From Cyanobacteria bacterium J06626_4 (lineage in GTDB: Bacteria > Cyanobacteriota > Cyanobacteriia > Phormidesmidales > Phormidesmidaceae): 64,000 bases of DNA. Positions 51,821 to 62,886 of the stretch are shown one piece after another. Every line of letters starts with the position of its first letter. The first letter of the stretch is position 1. The notes beneath the pieces are model-generated. The model was not told where the DNA came from, searched no databases, and saw only the letters and a program-made list of their open reading frames with translations. The position numbers and the translations under genes were made by a program. Where the stretch lies: NCBI GenBank assembly GCA_038523235.1, contig JBCBJQ010000011.1:1-64000 (forward strand), written 5' to 3'.

Positions 51821-52735
51821 ATGGCTGCTTTCCAACGCCTTAATTTCTTTGCGGGTGGTGCCGCTATCGCGCTGCTGTTAGCGGTTCCAGCTCAGGCTGA
51901 GGATGATCTGACCGCAGACCTGCAGACCGACGTGACCGGGACGGCCTTGGCGCGAGTCGATCTAGCGGCGGCAGAGGCGGCGATCGCCGCCGTTGAGGTT
52001 GACCGAATGACCGAGTTGGCCGCCGAGCCGCTGGCCGCTAAGACCGAGAATAGTGGGGTAAAAGCGGCTCCGGCAGCTGGGCTCGTCGCGGCTCAGACCC
52101 TAGAGGACTTCTTGGCGGCATCGAGCCCTGCTAACGCTGATTTCGCTGAGGCGACTGTCGTGACTTTGGCGGCGGTTGATGCCGTAGTGGAGGAGCCATT
52201 CGTCACCTCGGCGGCCGCACTTGATCTAGAGACGGCCGCTACGCTCGCCGCCGGAACTGAAAGCGCCGCCGCGACGGAGACCTTGGCCCAAGGCGAAGCG
52301 GTCGCCCAGGTCACAAGACCGCTCTATCGTGGCGTCACCCCCTTTTATGTCGGATTTGGGGGCAATATCGGCATTGTGGATAGTGACAAGAGCGCCGTTG
52401 GCGATTTTGGCTTCAACATCATCAGCAAAATTTCCCTTGGCCCTCGGTTTGCGGTGCGGCCTTCGGTGCAGTTCTCGGAAGACGAAGTCAGCGTGGCGAT
52501 CCCCGTCACTTACAACTTCAATCCGATTGATACTGGTCGGTTCAGCATTTATCCCTCGCTCGGCGGCGGCATTGACATTGGCAGTGACCTGGGTCTGTTG
52601 ATCAACGGTGGGGTGGATATCCCGATCTCGCGGGCGTTCACGCTCAACAGTCAGATCAATTGGCGCGTCACTGAAGACACCGGCCTCGGCCTTTCTCTGG
52701 GCGTGGCGTATAACTTCCCTGTCTTCTTTGAGTAA
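51821..52735 (+). CDS. Outer-membrane beta-barrel protein with Ala/Glu-rich N-terminal linker
   Basis: Signal peptide (PAQA), YVGFGGNIG, amphipathic strands and C-terminal VAYNF. Confidence 0.65.
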   Translation: MAAFQRLNFFAGGAAIALLLAVPAQAEDDLTADLQTDVTGTALARVDLAAAEAAIAAVEVDRMTELAAEPLAAKTENSGVKAAPAAGLVAAQTLEDFLAASSPANADFAEATVVTLAAVDAVVEEPFVTSAAALDLETAATLAAGTESAAATETLAQGEAVAQVTRPLYRGVTPFYVGFGGNIGIVDSDKSAVGDFGFNIISKISLGPRFAVRPSVQFSEDEVSVAIPVTYNFNPIDTGRFSIYPSLGGGIDIGSDLGLLINGGVDIPISRAFTLNSQINWRVTEDTGLGLSLGVAYNFPVFFE

Positions 52736-52811
52736 GTTTGGGTTTGAAAGCTTTCGAGCATTGAGTTTGAGGTGGGATGACTCCTGACCTCGCTCGTTAT
52801 AAATCTCCTTG

Positions 52812-52841
52812 AAGGCAGCGTCATTTTGATGCTGCCTTTTT
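52812..52841 (+). terminator. Rho-independent terminator
   Basis: AAGGCAGCGTC...GATGCTGCCTT followed by a T run. Confidence 0.7.
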
Positions 52842-52912
52842 CACGCGGTCCTTAAGGGTCTCTCAGAAAGCCACTGTGACCGCATCTCCATCATCGACCT
52901 GGGCGATCGCTA

Positions 52913-53506
52913 TCAGGCATTTAGGTTGTTAACCAAGCTGGCTAGATCCAACTGAACCTTGATATCGATGAGTTGGTTTCCCAGCGCTAGCCGTTCTCCA
53001 GTGACCCAAGCTGCTTGAGGCTGAAAGCCATAAATCCGACGCGGAGAGGCCCCGAGATAGTCGTCTCGGGTCCGTCGGGGTGGGTCGCCACCGGTCCGTT
53101 TGAACAGAGACTGCATCACCGTGTTGACGTGCGCAGGCTCTAACTCCTGTGCGAGGCCACTCAGATAAACGCCCTTGCCTTTGCCTTCTCCCGCATGGGT
53201 GCCGTAAATAGTGATGGCCACTCGCCCTTGGTTCAGATAAATGTTTTGAGAATGCTTGGCAGCGATCGCAGAAGACCAATACAAGTTCAGCGCTGAGTCA
53301 TAGGTGAAGAAGACCGGAGAGGCCCAAGGCCAACTATCCGGCGAGCAGGTTGATAGGGTGCAGTAAATGTTGTTTTGAATGATTTGGCTGGCCAGGTCTA
53401 AGGCGGCTGGGTTCTGCTGCTCAGAGGTCTTGACCCAGTCATTGTCCATCAGTGCTCTCACCTGTTCATCATCAGAGCGCTGCGTCGAGACTGTCTCATC
53501 AATCAT
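52913..53506 (-). CDS. Pyridoxamine 5'-phosphate oxidase-like FMN-binding split-barrel protein
   Basis: CTLSTCSPDSWPWASPVFF, KHSQNI and GVYLSG. Confidence 0.75.
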   Translation of the reverse strand: MIDETVSTQRSDDEQVRALMDNDWVKTSEQQNPAALDLASQIIQNNIYCTLSTCSPDSWPWASPVFFTYDSALNLYWSSAIAAKHSQNIYLNQGRVAITIYGTHAGEGKGKGVYLSGLAQELEPAHVNTVMQSLFKRTGGDPPRRTRDDYLGASPRRIYGFQPQAAWVTGERLALGNQLIDIKVQLDLASLVNNLNA

Positions 53507-53796
53507 GGCTGTGGAACTTGACTGCGATTATTCAAAAGCTATCGCAGTTTCTGGCATCTGCGATTTCCGCCTCTAATAAATTGGTGACGGCATCTGCAAC
53601 TGTCTTAGTCAGGGCAATCTTGGCTCCCACAGTGGTGCATCAGAGCCCAACATCTTCAGTCTCCAGAACCGGTCAGGTCACAACCTGGCCCAGCGACAAT
53701 TTAGATATAGGCCCGCAATTATTACCACGATCATCCTCCAGTCTTGAGCCGTCATTTTTGGGCATGCTGCCTTTGAGGGCATCTCGGGGAAATACT

Positions 53797-55251
53797 GTGA
53801 CTGCATCCACATCATCATCGGCCTGGGCGATCGCCCAAGCTCGCCTCAAAGAAATTTGGGGCTACAGCGCCTTTCGTCCACCTCAGGACTTGGTGATTCA
53901 AGCGTTGCTGCAGCGGCAAGATGCGCTGATTGTGATGCCAACGGGTGGGGGCAAGTCGTTGTGCTTCCAACTGCCTGCCTTGATGCAGCAGGGCGTCACT
54001 CTGGTGGTCTCTCCCCTAGTGGCGCTAATGGAAAATCAGGTGCAGGAGCTGCGCGATCGCCAGTTGCCTGCCGCTACCCTGCACAATGAAGTGCCGAAAT
54101 CAGAGCGATATCGGGTCTTGACGGCCCTCGAACGGCAGCAGCTGCGGCTGCTCTATCTCTCTCCTGAGACGCTATTGAGCCCGCCCGTTTGGCAACGCCT
54201 CTGCCAGCCGAATCTGACCATCAACGGCCTCGTGCTCGATGAAGCCCATTGCCTGGTGCAGTGGGGTGAAACGTTTCGTCCCGCCTATCGGCGGTTAGGG
54301 GCGGCTCGTCAAGCCCTGCAGCAATGCCGACCCGACGGCACCCAAATTCCTATCGCGGCCTTTACTGCCACGGCTGATCCCATCGCTCAAAAGGTGATTC
54401 GTGAAGTCCTCAAGCTGCGATCGCCCCAAGTTTTCTGTCTGAGTCCCTATCGGGCCAACTTGCATCTGACCGTGCAAACCGTATGGACGCCGCGGGGCCG
54501 CCAGCAAGGTTTGCTGAAATTCGTGCATCAGCATCATGGCCAAACGGGACTGGTGTATGTGCGCACCCGTCGCGACAGTGTCGAGTTAGCTCGCTGGCTG
54601 CAGCAACGGGGCTATCGCACGGCCAGCTATCACGCCGGATTATCCGCCCGCGATCGCCGTCAGTGTGAGCAAGCCTGGCTGCAAAACCAGGTGCAAATCG
54701 TGGTGGCGACGAATGCCTTTGGTATGGGGGTTAACAAGCCAGATTTACGCTGGGTGGCCCACTATCACGTGCCTCACTTGCTGACTGAATATGTGCAAGA
54801 GATTGGCCGGGCCGGACGCGACGGCCAGCCCGCCCACGCTCTGTCACTCATCAGTGAGCGTAGCGGACTGCTAGATCCCACCGACCGCCAGCGATCTCAA
54901 TTCTTTCGCAACCAGGCCCACAAAATTCGGCAGCAGGCGACGCGGCTCAGCCAACAGATTCCTCCCCAAGGAAGTCTGCCAACCGTGCAAGAAGAATTTA
55001 AGGATGGAGCGATCGCGCTGTCCTATCTCCACAGCCAGGGCCAGCTAGAGTGGCTTGATCCCTTTCACTACCAACTATTGCCTCATCGCGTTCAGACATC
55101 TGCGGCTTCCCAAGCAGACTCGGATATGACCGCGTTTTTGTATAGCCGTCGCTGTCGCTGGCAGTTGATCATGCAGCAGTTTGGCTTTCGCCCCAAGACG
55201 GTAAAGCCAGGCCGGTGTGGGCATTGTGATAATTGCCGTCAGCCTGCGTGA
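53797..55251 (+). CDS. recQ: RecQ-family ATP-dependent DNA helicase (no HRDC domain)
   Basis: PTGGGKSLC, DEAHC, TATA, YHAG, QEIGRAGRDG and CGHCDNC; start uncertain (GTG at 53797). Confidence 0.9.
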   Translation: MTASTSSSAWAIAQARLKEIWGYSAFRPPQDLVIQALLQRQDALIVMPTGGGKSLCFQLPALMQQGVTLVVSPLVALMENQVQELRDRQLPAATLHNEVPKSERYRVLTALERQQLRLLYLSPETLLSPPVWQRLCQPNLTINGLVLDEAHCLVQWGETFRPAYRRLGAARQALQQCRPDGTQIPIAAFTATADPIAQKVIREVLKLRSPQVFCLSPYRANLHLTVQTVWTPRGRQQGLLKFVHQHHGQTGLVYVRTRRDSVELARWLQQRGYRTASYHAGLSARDRRQCEQAWLQNQVQIVVATNAFGMGVNKPDLRWVAHYHVPHLLTEYVQEIGRAGRDGQPAHALSLISERSGLLDPTDRQRSQFFRNQAHKIRQQATRLSQQIPPQGSLPTVQEEFKDGAIALSYLHSQGQLEWLDPFHYQLLPHRVQTSAASQADSDMTAFLYSRRCRWQLIMQQFGFRPKTVKPGRCGHCDNCRQPA

Positions 55252-55257
55252 CGATCG

Positions 55258-55884
55258 TTATTCTGGCTGAGGCCCAGGAAAGGTCGGGGGTGAGCCTGCC
55301 GGAACGTCTTCTATTCCTAAGGGGCGCAATGTATCTGCCGGAAGCTCAGGGACTAAGATCGGGCTGCCACTCTCGGTTTCTACCTGATAGAACAGGCGAC
55401 TCTGCCCCGATGCATCGCGCTCAAAAGAGGCATCTAGATAGCCGTCGCCATAGAGAATGAGATTCAATAGGCCGCCATCGGTGCGAGAGTCCATCGGCCA
55501 GGGCGATAACGTGCCAGAGAACTCACCAGCGGTAAACACAAACCCTTGGTAAGCGATTGGATGACACATGCCGTCGGCATTGGCCATCCCCATGATCACG
55601 GTCGTGTCGCCATAAATCTGAGCCGCTCCGGTCAGGGTCCAACCGGCAGCCATCACCAGATCATCTTCCGGGAGCACTGCCGGACGCACTGTTTGCTCGC
55701 ACTCCGTCAGGTTACTGCTGTCCTGCTCTGGCGCTTGCGGCATGGCCGCGTCCGCTTCATTCCAGTTCATGACTTCATCTAGCCAGGTGCCGCTGGGCTC
55801 TACTTGCGCTCGGGACGTCGGTGCTAGCAGCATTGAGGCCAATACCAGTAACGCCGGCAAGATAGTCAGCCAAGACTTCATCAT
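55258..55884 (-). CDS. Secreted LppP/LprE-like protein
   Basis: Signal peptide, WLD...NWN, ADGMCHP and GTLSPWPMDSRTDG. Confidence 0.6.
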   Translation of the reverse strand: MMKSWLTILPALLVLASMLLAPTSRAQVEPSGTWLDEVMNWNEADAAMPQAPEQDSSNLTECEQTVRPAVLPEDDLVMAAGWTLTGAAQIYGDTTVIMGMANADGMCHPIAYQGFVFTAGEFSGTLSPWPMDSRTDGGLLNLILYGDGYLDASFERDASGQSRLFYQVETESGSPILVPELPADTLRPLGIEDVPAGSPPTFPGPQPE

Positions 55885-56618
55885 AGTCACCTCGCAAATA
55901 CGTCGATCAGGGGAGCCCAACAGCGGTGGTTAGCAATAGCGTAGAGGCGATCACGAGGGATCGTAAAGGGCAAGGAAAGAGTGTGATCGCCAACTAACAT
56001 CCGCTTTTGCCCCCTCAGGATAGCTGCGGCCAGGCCCGGATCAGTCCCTAGAAAGCTCTCCAAGCACAGCCGTCCTCACCGACTAGCACGCCTGCAATCC
56101 TCCTGGGCGAGCCGAGAGTATCTGATGACCGCTGGCGCGATCGCTTCTTTGAGTCAAATGCGGCGATGTTGTTTTTATTTGTAGACAGAATAAGAAGCCT
56201 GATTAAGTTGTTTTTATTAACTCCAAAAATAAAAAGAAAGATCTTATCAAAAGATCTTAATTGAATTGAAAATCGGCGGCAAATATCTTTTGTCAGAGTT
56301 ATTAACTTCTGAAAATAACCTTTGCTAAAGCAATAGTGTTTCTGTAGTTTGATATTTAATTCGAGCTTCCTCCGGCTTCAGAAGTCATGGGTTTTTCGCC
56401 CATGAAAATTTTTTCTAAGGCCACTTAAGAAGTTCAATGACCTGCATGGAGCTGGGCGCAGCACATTATTTTGCTGTCTCAGGAGGACTCTAGGCAAGTC
56501 TTCCATGTCGAAAACGTCTTACTTTAGGCTTTCTATAGACTCATCCAATGAATGTCTATGCTCTTATGAAAGCGCCTTTATCCACTCTGTATTTTTGAGT
56601 AGAAGAGAGGAGAGTCCC

Positions 56619-58913
56619 ATGACAATAAGTCCCCCTGAACCGGGACAGAAAGTCAGGGTTGTGGTTGATAAAGATCCGGTACAAACCTCATTTGAACGAT
56701 GGGCAAAGCCGGGACATTTTGACCGAACGTTAGCGCGCGGTCCCAAAACCACCACGTGGATTTGGAATCTGCATGCTGATGCCCATGACTTTGATAGTCA
56801 CACGAGTGACTTAGAAGATATTTCTCGTAAAATCTTCAGCGCCCACTTTGGCCATTTGGCCGTCATTTTCATCTGGCTAAGTGGGATGTACTTTCACGGG
56901 GCCAAGTTCTCTAATTACGAGGCTTGGCTGACCAACCCCACCGGCATTAAACCCAGTGCTCAGGTGGTTTGGCCGATTTTTGGTCAAGAAATCCTCAACG
57001 CCGATGTCGGCGGTGGCTTCAACGGCATTCAAATCACCTCTGGTTTATTCCAGATGTGGCGGGCTAACGGCATTACCAACAGCTTCGAGCTGTATTGCAC
57101 CGCGATCGGGGCATTGGTAATGGCGGGCTTGATGCTGTTTGCCGGGTGGTTCCATTACCACAAAGCCGCTCCCAAGCTGGAGTGGTTCCAAAATGTGGAA
57201 TCGATGATGAACCACCACTTGGCCGGGCTGTTGGGGCTGGGCTGTCTCGGGTATGCCGGACAGCAAATCCATGTCTCCCTGCCGATCAATGCCTGTATGG
57301 ATGCGATCGATGCGGGTAAGCCCTTGACCATTGGCGGTCGAGTCATTGATTCAGTGGCGGCGATTCCGTTGCCCCACGAGTGGATCTTGAATCCCAGCCT
57401 GATGGCTGATCTGTATCCCAGTTTTGCCCAGGGGTTAACCCCGTTCTTTACGCTCAACTGGAGCGCCTACACCGATTTTCTCACCTTCAAAGGTGGGTTG
57501 AACCCGGTCACTGGCGGGTTGTGGTTGTCCGATACGGCCCACCACCACCTGGCTTTGGCCGTCTTGTTCATCGTCGCTGGGCACTTCTACCGCACGAACT
57601 GGGGCATTGGCCACAGTTTCAGAGAAGTGTTAGAGGCCCACAAGGGTCCCTTCACCGGGGAAGGCCACAAGGGCATGTATGAGATCTTCACGACCTCTTG
57701 GCACTGCCAGTTGTCGTGGAACCTCGCTTGGGTCGGTTCGTTATCCATCATTGTGGCTCACCACATGTATGCGATGCCGCCCTATCCGTACATTGCGACG
57801 GACTACGCCACTCAGTTGGGCCTATTTACCCACCACATGTGGATTGGCGGTTTCCTCATCTGTGGGGCCGCTGCCCATGCAGCCATTTTCATGGTGCGAG
57901 ACTATGACCCGGCCACCCATGTCGACAACCTGCTTGATCGCGTGTTGCGTCATCGAGATGCCATCATTTCTCACCTGAACTGGGTGTGTATTTTCCTCGG
58001 TTTCCATAGCTTTGGTCTGTATATCCACAATGACACCATGCGGTCGTTGGGACGGCCTCAGGACATGTTCTCCGATACCGCAATTAATTTGCAGCCGATT
58101 TTTGCCCAATGGGTACAAGGGCTGCATGCTGCCGCTGCTGGCAATACCGCACCGGGTGCCCTAGCTGGGGTGAGTCCGGTCTTTAACGGTGACGTTTTAG
58201 CAGTCGGTGGCAAGGTAGCCATGGCGGCGATCCCTCTAGGTACCGCCGACTTTATGGTGCACCACATTCATGCCTTCACGATTCATGTGACAGTCCTGAT
58301 TTTGCTGAAAGGCGTGCTGTTTGCTCGTAGTTCTCGCTTGATTCCGGATAAAGGTGAGTTGGGTTTCCGATTCCCTTGTGATGGCCCCGGTCGAGGCGGC
58401 ACCTGTCAGGTATCCGGTTGGGACCATGTGTTCCTGGGCCTGTTCTGGATGTACAACTCCATCTCCATCGTGATCTTCCACTTTAGTTGGAAGATGCAGT
58501 CGGACGTGTGGGGTTCAGTGTCTGATTCCGGCGCGGTTTCACACATTACCGCTGGTAACTTTGCCCAAAGCTCGATCACGATTAACGGTTGGCTACGGGA
58601 CTTCTTGTGGGCTCAGGCCTCCCAGGTGATTGGCTCTTACGGGTCGGCCCTGTCGGCTTACGGCCTCATGTTCCTCGGGGCTCACTTTGTGTGGGCATTT
58701 AGTCTGATGTTCTTGTTTAGTGGCCGCGGCTACTGGCAAGAGCTGATTGAGTCCATTGTTTGGGCTCACAGCAAGCTGAAGGTTGCGCCTGCTATCCAGC
58801 CTCGGGCGCTGAGTATCACGCAAGGGCGTGCAGTTGGGTTAGCGCACTATCTCTTAGGAGGGATTGCCACCACCTGGGCCTTCTTCCATGCTCGCATGTT
58901 GACGATGGGATAG
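56619..58913 (+). CDS. psaA: Photosystem I P700 apoprotein A1
   Basis: [15 protein letters not shown] and [21 protein letters not shown]. Confidence 0.99.
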   Translation: MTISPPEPGQKVRVVVDKDPVQTSFERWAKPGHFDRTLARGPKTTTWIWNLHADAHDFDSHTSDLEDISRKIFSAHFGHLAVIFIWLSGMYFHGAKFSNYEAWLTNPTGIKPSAQVVWPIFGQEILNADVGGGFNGIQITSGLFQMWRANGITNSFELYCTAIGALVMAGLMLFAGWFHYHKAAPKLEWFQNVESMMNHHLAGLLGLGCLGYAGQQIHVSLPINACMDAIDAGKPLTIGGRVIDSVAAIPLPHEWILNPSLMADLYPSFAQGLTPFFTLNWSAYTDFLTFKGGLNPVTGGLWLSDTAHHHLALAVLFIVAGHFYRTNWGIGHSFREVLEAHKGPFTGEGHKGMYEIFTTSWHCQLSWNLAWVGSLSIIVAHHMYAMPPYPYIATDYATQLGLFTHHMWIGGFLICGAAAHAAIFMVRDYDPATHVDNLLDRVLRHRDAIISHLNWVCIFLGFHSFGLYIHNDTMRSLGRPQDMFSDTAINLQPIFAQWVQGLHAAAAGNTAPGALAGVSPVFNGDVLAVGGKVAMAAIPLGTADFMVHHIHAFTIHVTVLILLKGVLFARSSRLIPDKGELGFRFPCDGPGRGGTCQVSGWDHVFLGLFWMYNSISIVIFHFSWKMQSDVWGSVSDSGAVSHITAGNFAQSSITINGWLRDFLWAQASQVIGSYGSALSAYGLMFLGAHFVWAFSLMFLFSGRGYWQELIESIVWAHSKLKVAPAIQPRALSITQGRAVGLAHYLLGGIATTWAFFHARMLTMG

Positions 58914-58936
58914 CAGGGAGGAATCAAAAAAAATCA

Positions 58937-61165
58937 ATGGCAACTAAATTCCCAAAATTTAGCCAGGCTTTGGCGCAAGATCCGACTACTCGGCGGATCT
59001 GGTATGGGATTGCGACGGCCCACGATTTTGAAAGTCACGATGGCATGACGGAGGAAAATCTTTATCAAAAGATTTTTGCTTCTCACTTTGGTCATCTGGC
59101 AATCATCTTTTTGTGGACCTCCGGCAACCTGTTCCACGTCGCCTGGCAAGGTAATTTCGAGCAGTGGGTCAAAGACCCGCTCGGTGTTAGTCCCATCGCT
59201 CACGCGATTTGGGATCCGCAGTTTGGTCAACCGGCGGTGGATGCCTTCAGCCAAGCTGGGGCCAACTATCCGGTCGATATCTCTTTCTCGGGGGTCTACC
59301 ACTGGTGGTACACCATCGGCATGCGCACCAACATGGACCTCTTTAGTGGTGCGGTGTTCTTGCTGATTTTGGCCGCCGTCTTTCTGTTTGCTGGTTGGCT
59401 GCATTTACAGCCCCGGTTCCGCCCGAGTTTGTCTTGGTTCAAAAATGCGGAATCCCGCTTGAACCACCACTTAGCTGGGCTGTTTGGCGTCAGTTCGCTG
59501 GCCTGGACAGGGCATTTGGTGCACGTGGCCATTCCCGAAGCGCGGGGTCAGCATGTGGGGTGGGACAACTTCCTCTCCACGCCGCCCCACCCCGACGGGT
59601 TGCTGCCGTTCTTCACCGGCCAGTGGGGCGTCTATGCCCAGAACCCTGATGGTCTCAATCAGGTGTTTGGCACCAGTGAGGGTGCCGGTACTGCGATTCT
59701 GACCTTCTTGGGAGGTTTTCATCCCCAGACGGAAGCGCTGTGGCTGACGGATATTGCCCATCACCATCTGGCGATCGCGGTCATCTTTATCGTGGCGGGC
59801 CACATGTACCGGACTAACTTCGGTATTGGCCACAACATGAAGGAGATCATGGCGGCCCATAATCCGCCTACCGGAACGCCTTTTGGCGGTTGGATTGGCG
59901 ATGGCCACAAGGGCATGTATGACACCTATAACAACTCGCTCCACTTCCAACTGGGGTGGCACTTAGCTTGTTTAGGGGTGGTCACGTCGCTGGTGGCGCA
60001 GCACATGTATTCGCTGCCGTCCTACGCGTTTATCGCCAAGGACTACACCACTCAGGCGGCCTTGTATACCCATCACCAGTACATCGCTGGCTTCTTGATG
60101 GTGGGGGCGTTTGCCCACGGGGCCATTTTCCTGATTCGGGATTACGATCCCAAGGCGAATGAGAACAATGTGCTGTCCCGGATGCTAGAGCATAAGGAAG
60201 CGCTGATTTCCCACCTGAGTTGGGTTTCCCTCTTCCTCGGCTTCCACACGTTGGGACTATACGTCCATAACGATGTGGTCGTCGCTTTTGGCACCCCCGA
60301 GAAGCAGATTCTGGTAGAGCCCGTCTTTGCCCAGTGGATTCAAGCTTCCCACGGCAAACTGCTGTATGGCTTTGACACCCTATTGTCGAACTCCGACAGC
60401 ATTGCCGCGACGGCTTGGCCCAACTACGGCAACGTCTGGTTACCCGGATGGCTGGATGCGATTAACAGTGGCTCGAACTCGTTGTTCTTGGCCATTGGCC
60501 CCGGTGACTTCTTAGTGCACCATGCGATCGCCCTCGGCCTGCACACCACGACCCTGATTCTTGTCAAAGGGGCCTTGGATGCTCGCGGTTCGAAGCTCAT
60601 GCCGGACAAAAAAGACTTCGGCTACAGCTTCCCCTGCGACGGGCCAGGACGAGGGGGGACCTGCGACATCTCCGCGTGGGATGCGTTCTACCTCGCCATG
60701 TTCTGGATGCTCAATACCCTTGGGTGGTTGACGTTCTATTGGCACTGGAAACATCTCACCCTCTGGTCGGGTAACGTAGCTCAGTTCAACGAAAACTCGA
60801 CCTACTTGATGGGCTGGTTCCGAGACTACCTGTGGCTCAACTCGTCGCAGCTGATCAACGGCTACAACCCGTATGGCATGAATAACCTATCGGTGTGGGC
60901 CTGGATGTTCCTCCTTGGACACTTGGTCTGGGCAACGGGCTTCATGTTCCTGATTAGCTGGCGGGGTTACTGGCAAGAGCTGATCGAGACGCTGGTGTGG
61001 GCGCATGAGCGCACGCCCCTGGCCAACTTGGTGAGCTGGAAAGATAAGCCGGTAGCACTCTCTATCGTGCAGGCGCGAGTGGTGGGTCTGGCTCACTTTA
61101 CAGCAGGCTATATCATCACCTACGCGGCCTTCCTGATCGCCTCAACGTCAAGCCGCTTTGGCTAG
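58937..61165 (+). CDS. psaB: Photosystem I P700 apoprotein A2
   Basis: [10 protein letters not shown] and [18 protein letters not shown]. Confidence 0.99.
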   Translation: MATKFPKFSQALAQDPTTRRIWYGIATAHDFESHDGMTEENLYQKIFASHFGHLAIIFLWTSGNLFHVAWQGNFEQWVKDPLGVSPIAHAIWDPQFGQPAVDAFSQAGANYPVDISFSGVYHWWYTIGMRTNMDLFSGAVFLLILAAVFLFAGWLHLQPRFRPSLSWFKNAESRLNHHLAGLFGVSSLAWTGHLVHVAIPEARGQHVGWDNFLSTPPHPDGLLPFFTGQWGVYAQNPDGLNQVFGTSEGAGTAILTFLGGFHPQTEALWLTDIAHHHLAIAVIFIVAGHMYRTNFGIGHNMKEIMAAHNPPTGTPFGGWIGDGHKGMYDTYNNSLHFQLGWHLACLGVVTSLVAQHMYSLPSYAFIAKDYTTQAALYTHHQYIAGFLMVGAFAHGAIFLIRDYDPKANENNVLSRMLEHKEALISHLSWVSLFLGFHTLGLYVHNDVVVAFGTPEKQILVEPVFAQWIQASHGKLLYGFDTLLSNSDSIAATAWPNYGNVWLPGWLDAINSGSNSLFLAIGPGDFLVHHAIALGLHTTTLILVKGALDARGSKLMPDKKDFGYSFPCDGPGRGGTCDISAWDAFYLAMFWMLNTLGWLTFYWHWKHLTLWSGNVAQFNENSTYLMGWFRDYLWLNSSQLINGYNPYGMNNLSVWAWMFLLGHLVWATGFMFLISWRGYWQELIETLVWAHERTPLANLVSWKDKPVALSIVQARVVGLAHFTAGYIITYAAFLIASTSSRFG

Positions 61166-61184
61166 CGAGGCAACTTGAAATAGA

Positions 61185-61216
61185 AGGCTGGGGACACAGT
61201 CATGTGTCCCCAGCCT
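61185..61216 (+). terminator. 14-bp perfect hairpin after psaB
   Basis: AGGCTGGGGACACA-GTCA-TGTGTCCCCAGCCT with no U-tract. Confidence 0.6.
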
Positions 61217-61571
61217 CCTCCCCGAGCCCAGCTTTGTTGCCGGCTCCGGTTTACGCCCCCAACGCGATTCGTCCGCTCGGGATGAGCGTGGCCCTTATTC
61301 AAAGATTTTGATGACGGTTATTCAGAAGCTGACGCTGCATTCCTTCTGAAATCCCCTTTACAGGCTTGGGACGCATGGAGACTCTCCGCGCCTCATGAGT
61401 CCTGGTTCTTCGGGGTAGTTGAACCAGGACTTTTATTCTTCCGTTAGGCGATCGCGCCCTGGTGCATTGAGTATGCCGAGGCGAGTCGCTTCACCCCAAT
61501 CGCCTAACGAGCCGTGTTTCTCTCTGACCCCGGAGAGAAGATTTCTCACCCATATGGAGGCACATCCCAAC

Positions 61572-62051
61572 ATGACAAATCAAATGGTTCAGCCCTACCA
61601 GGGAAACCCGGAACTGGGCCACCTATCGACGCCCATCAGTGATTCCGCCTTTGTGCGGTCTTTCTTAGGGGCGCTGCCCGCCTACCGCAAAGGCATGGCC
61701 CCGCTGACGCGCGGGCTCGAAATTGGTCTGGCTCACGGGTATTTTTTGGTCGGGCCGGAAGTAGTGGTCGGTGCCCTACGGGACTTTGAGGTCGCCCCTT
61801 ATTTGGGCGGACTGGTCACCGCGATCGCGATCGTGCTGCTGGGCACAGCCTGCATGAACGCCCACGGTCTCGTATCCCTCAAGCCCACCGCCGAACTCCC
61901 CGCTGGCACTGACCCGCTAAAAACGGCTGAAGGCTGGAGCGAAATGTCGGCTGGCTTTTTCATTGGCGGCATGAGCGGTGCCTATATGGCCTATTTCTTG
62001 CTGACCCACTTTGCCGAAATCAACGCGATCTTTAGGGGATTTGTGAATTAG
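61572..62051 (+). CDS. psaL: Photosystem I subunit XI
   Basis: GHLSTPISDS, LPAYR and RGLEIGLAHGY; GGAGG RBS. Confidence 0.95.
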   Translation: MTNQMVQPYQGNPELGHLSTPISDSAFVRSFLGALPAYRKGMAPLTRGLEIGLAHGYFLVGPEVVVGALRDFEVAPYLGGLVTAIAIVLLGTACMNAHGLVSLKPTAELPAGTDPLKTAEGWSEMSAGFFIGGMSGAYMAYFLLTHFAEINAIFRGFVN

Positions 62052-62176
62052 TAGGGGATAGGGAATGGGGAATAGGGAACAGGTGGAATTTTCCTAATAC
62101 CTAATCCCTGCTTACTCCCTACGCCCTCATACCTCGTAACCATTGACCATCCACATTTTTTTAGGAGACTCTCCCC

Positions 62177-62293
62177 ATGGACGGAACTTACGCGGCTTCT
62201 TGGTTGCCCTGGATTATGATTCCTGTGATTACCTGGCTGATGCCAGCGGCAGTCATGGGCCTTCTGTTTTTCTATATCGAAAGCGAAGCCTAA
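62177..62293 (+). CDS. psaI: Photosystem I subunit VIII (not in the ORF track)
   Basis: Translated by hand: [46 protein letters not shown]. Confidence 0.95.
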   Translation: MDGTYAASWLPWIMIPVITWLMPAAVMGLLFFYIESEA

Positions 62294-62356
62294 AGATTTT
62301 GAGTTGCCATAAGCTTGCAGGTCGGCGTCTAGCACGCTCACTGCAGTGCGAAGCTG

Positions 62357-62383
62357 AGGGACGTGATGCTCACGTCCCTTTTT
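62357..62383 (+). terminator. Rho-independent terminator after psaI
   Basis: AGGGACGTGA-TGC-TCACGTCCCT followed by TTTT. Confidence 0.75.
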
Positions 62384-62471
62384 GTCGGGGGCGATCGCTC
62401 TCGTCTGCGGCCGCCGTTGCCATGACACTGCTGAGTTCAGAATTCTGCTATGGAACCGCAGACGTGCCGTT

Positions 62472-62765
62472 CTAGGACTCTGAGTTATCTTCTGAGTCAC
62501 CCAGCAGACGACTCAGGCTGGCGCGAATATTGCCCATCAAACCTTCCAGGGCCTCTTTAAGTTCGTGCCAGGCGTCTTCTGCCGTTCCTGACAAATCTTG
62601 CAGGTTAACTTGAGCTTCATCCAGATATTTTTCTAAATTCTCAACCTCTTCATGCTGCACGGCGATCATCGTTTGATCGCGCTCGCCTTTGAGCTTTTCT
62701 AGCGTCGCTTTAGTCGTTGTAATCTGCGTTTCTATTTGCCGAACGTAGTCGAGTTTGTCACTCAT
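62472..62765 (-). CDS. Small coiled-coil hypothetical protein
   Basis: Helical heptad pattern, EDAWHELKE; GAGGAG RBS. Confidence 0.65.
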   Translation of the reverse strand: MSDKLDYVRQIETQITTTKATLEKLKGERDQTMIAVQHEEVENLEKYLDEAQVNLQDLSGTAEDAWHELKEALEGLMGNIRASLSRLLGDSEDNSES

Positions 62766-62886
62766 GGTAAAAATCTCCTCTAAACAGGGATACTGGCCAA
62801 TTAGCCAAAGAATAAAGAATGTGGCAGCGGCTGAAAGGGACGAAGATTCTCAACCGCTGCTTTACTGAACTGAACGGGCCAGGGAC

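Noticed and set aside
53452..53796. Long N-terminal extension of RecQ
   Set aside because: It overlaps the divergent gene and is Ser-rich and low in complexity; the real start is probably later.
62051..62135. G-rich and C-rich heptamer-like tracts between psaL and psaI
   Set aside because: They resemble ordinary short tandem repeats of filamentous cyanobacteria and are too degenerate to call.
56619..62293. FaRLiP (far-red light) gene cluster
   Set aside because: No rfpABC, chlF, or far-red apc/psb genes nearby; PsaI is the short ordinary type.
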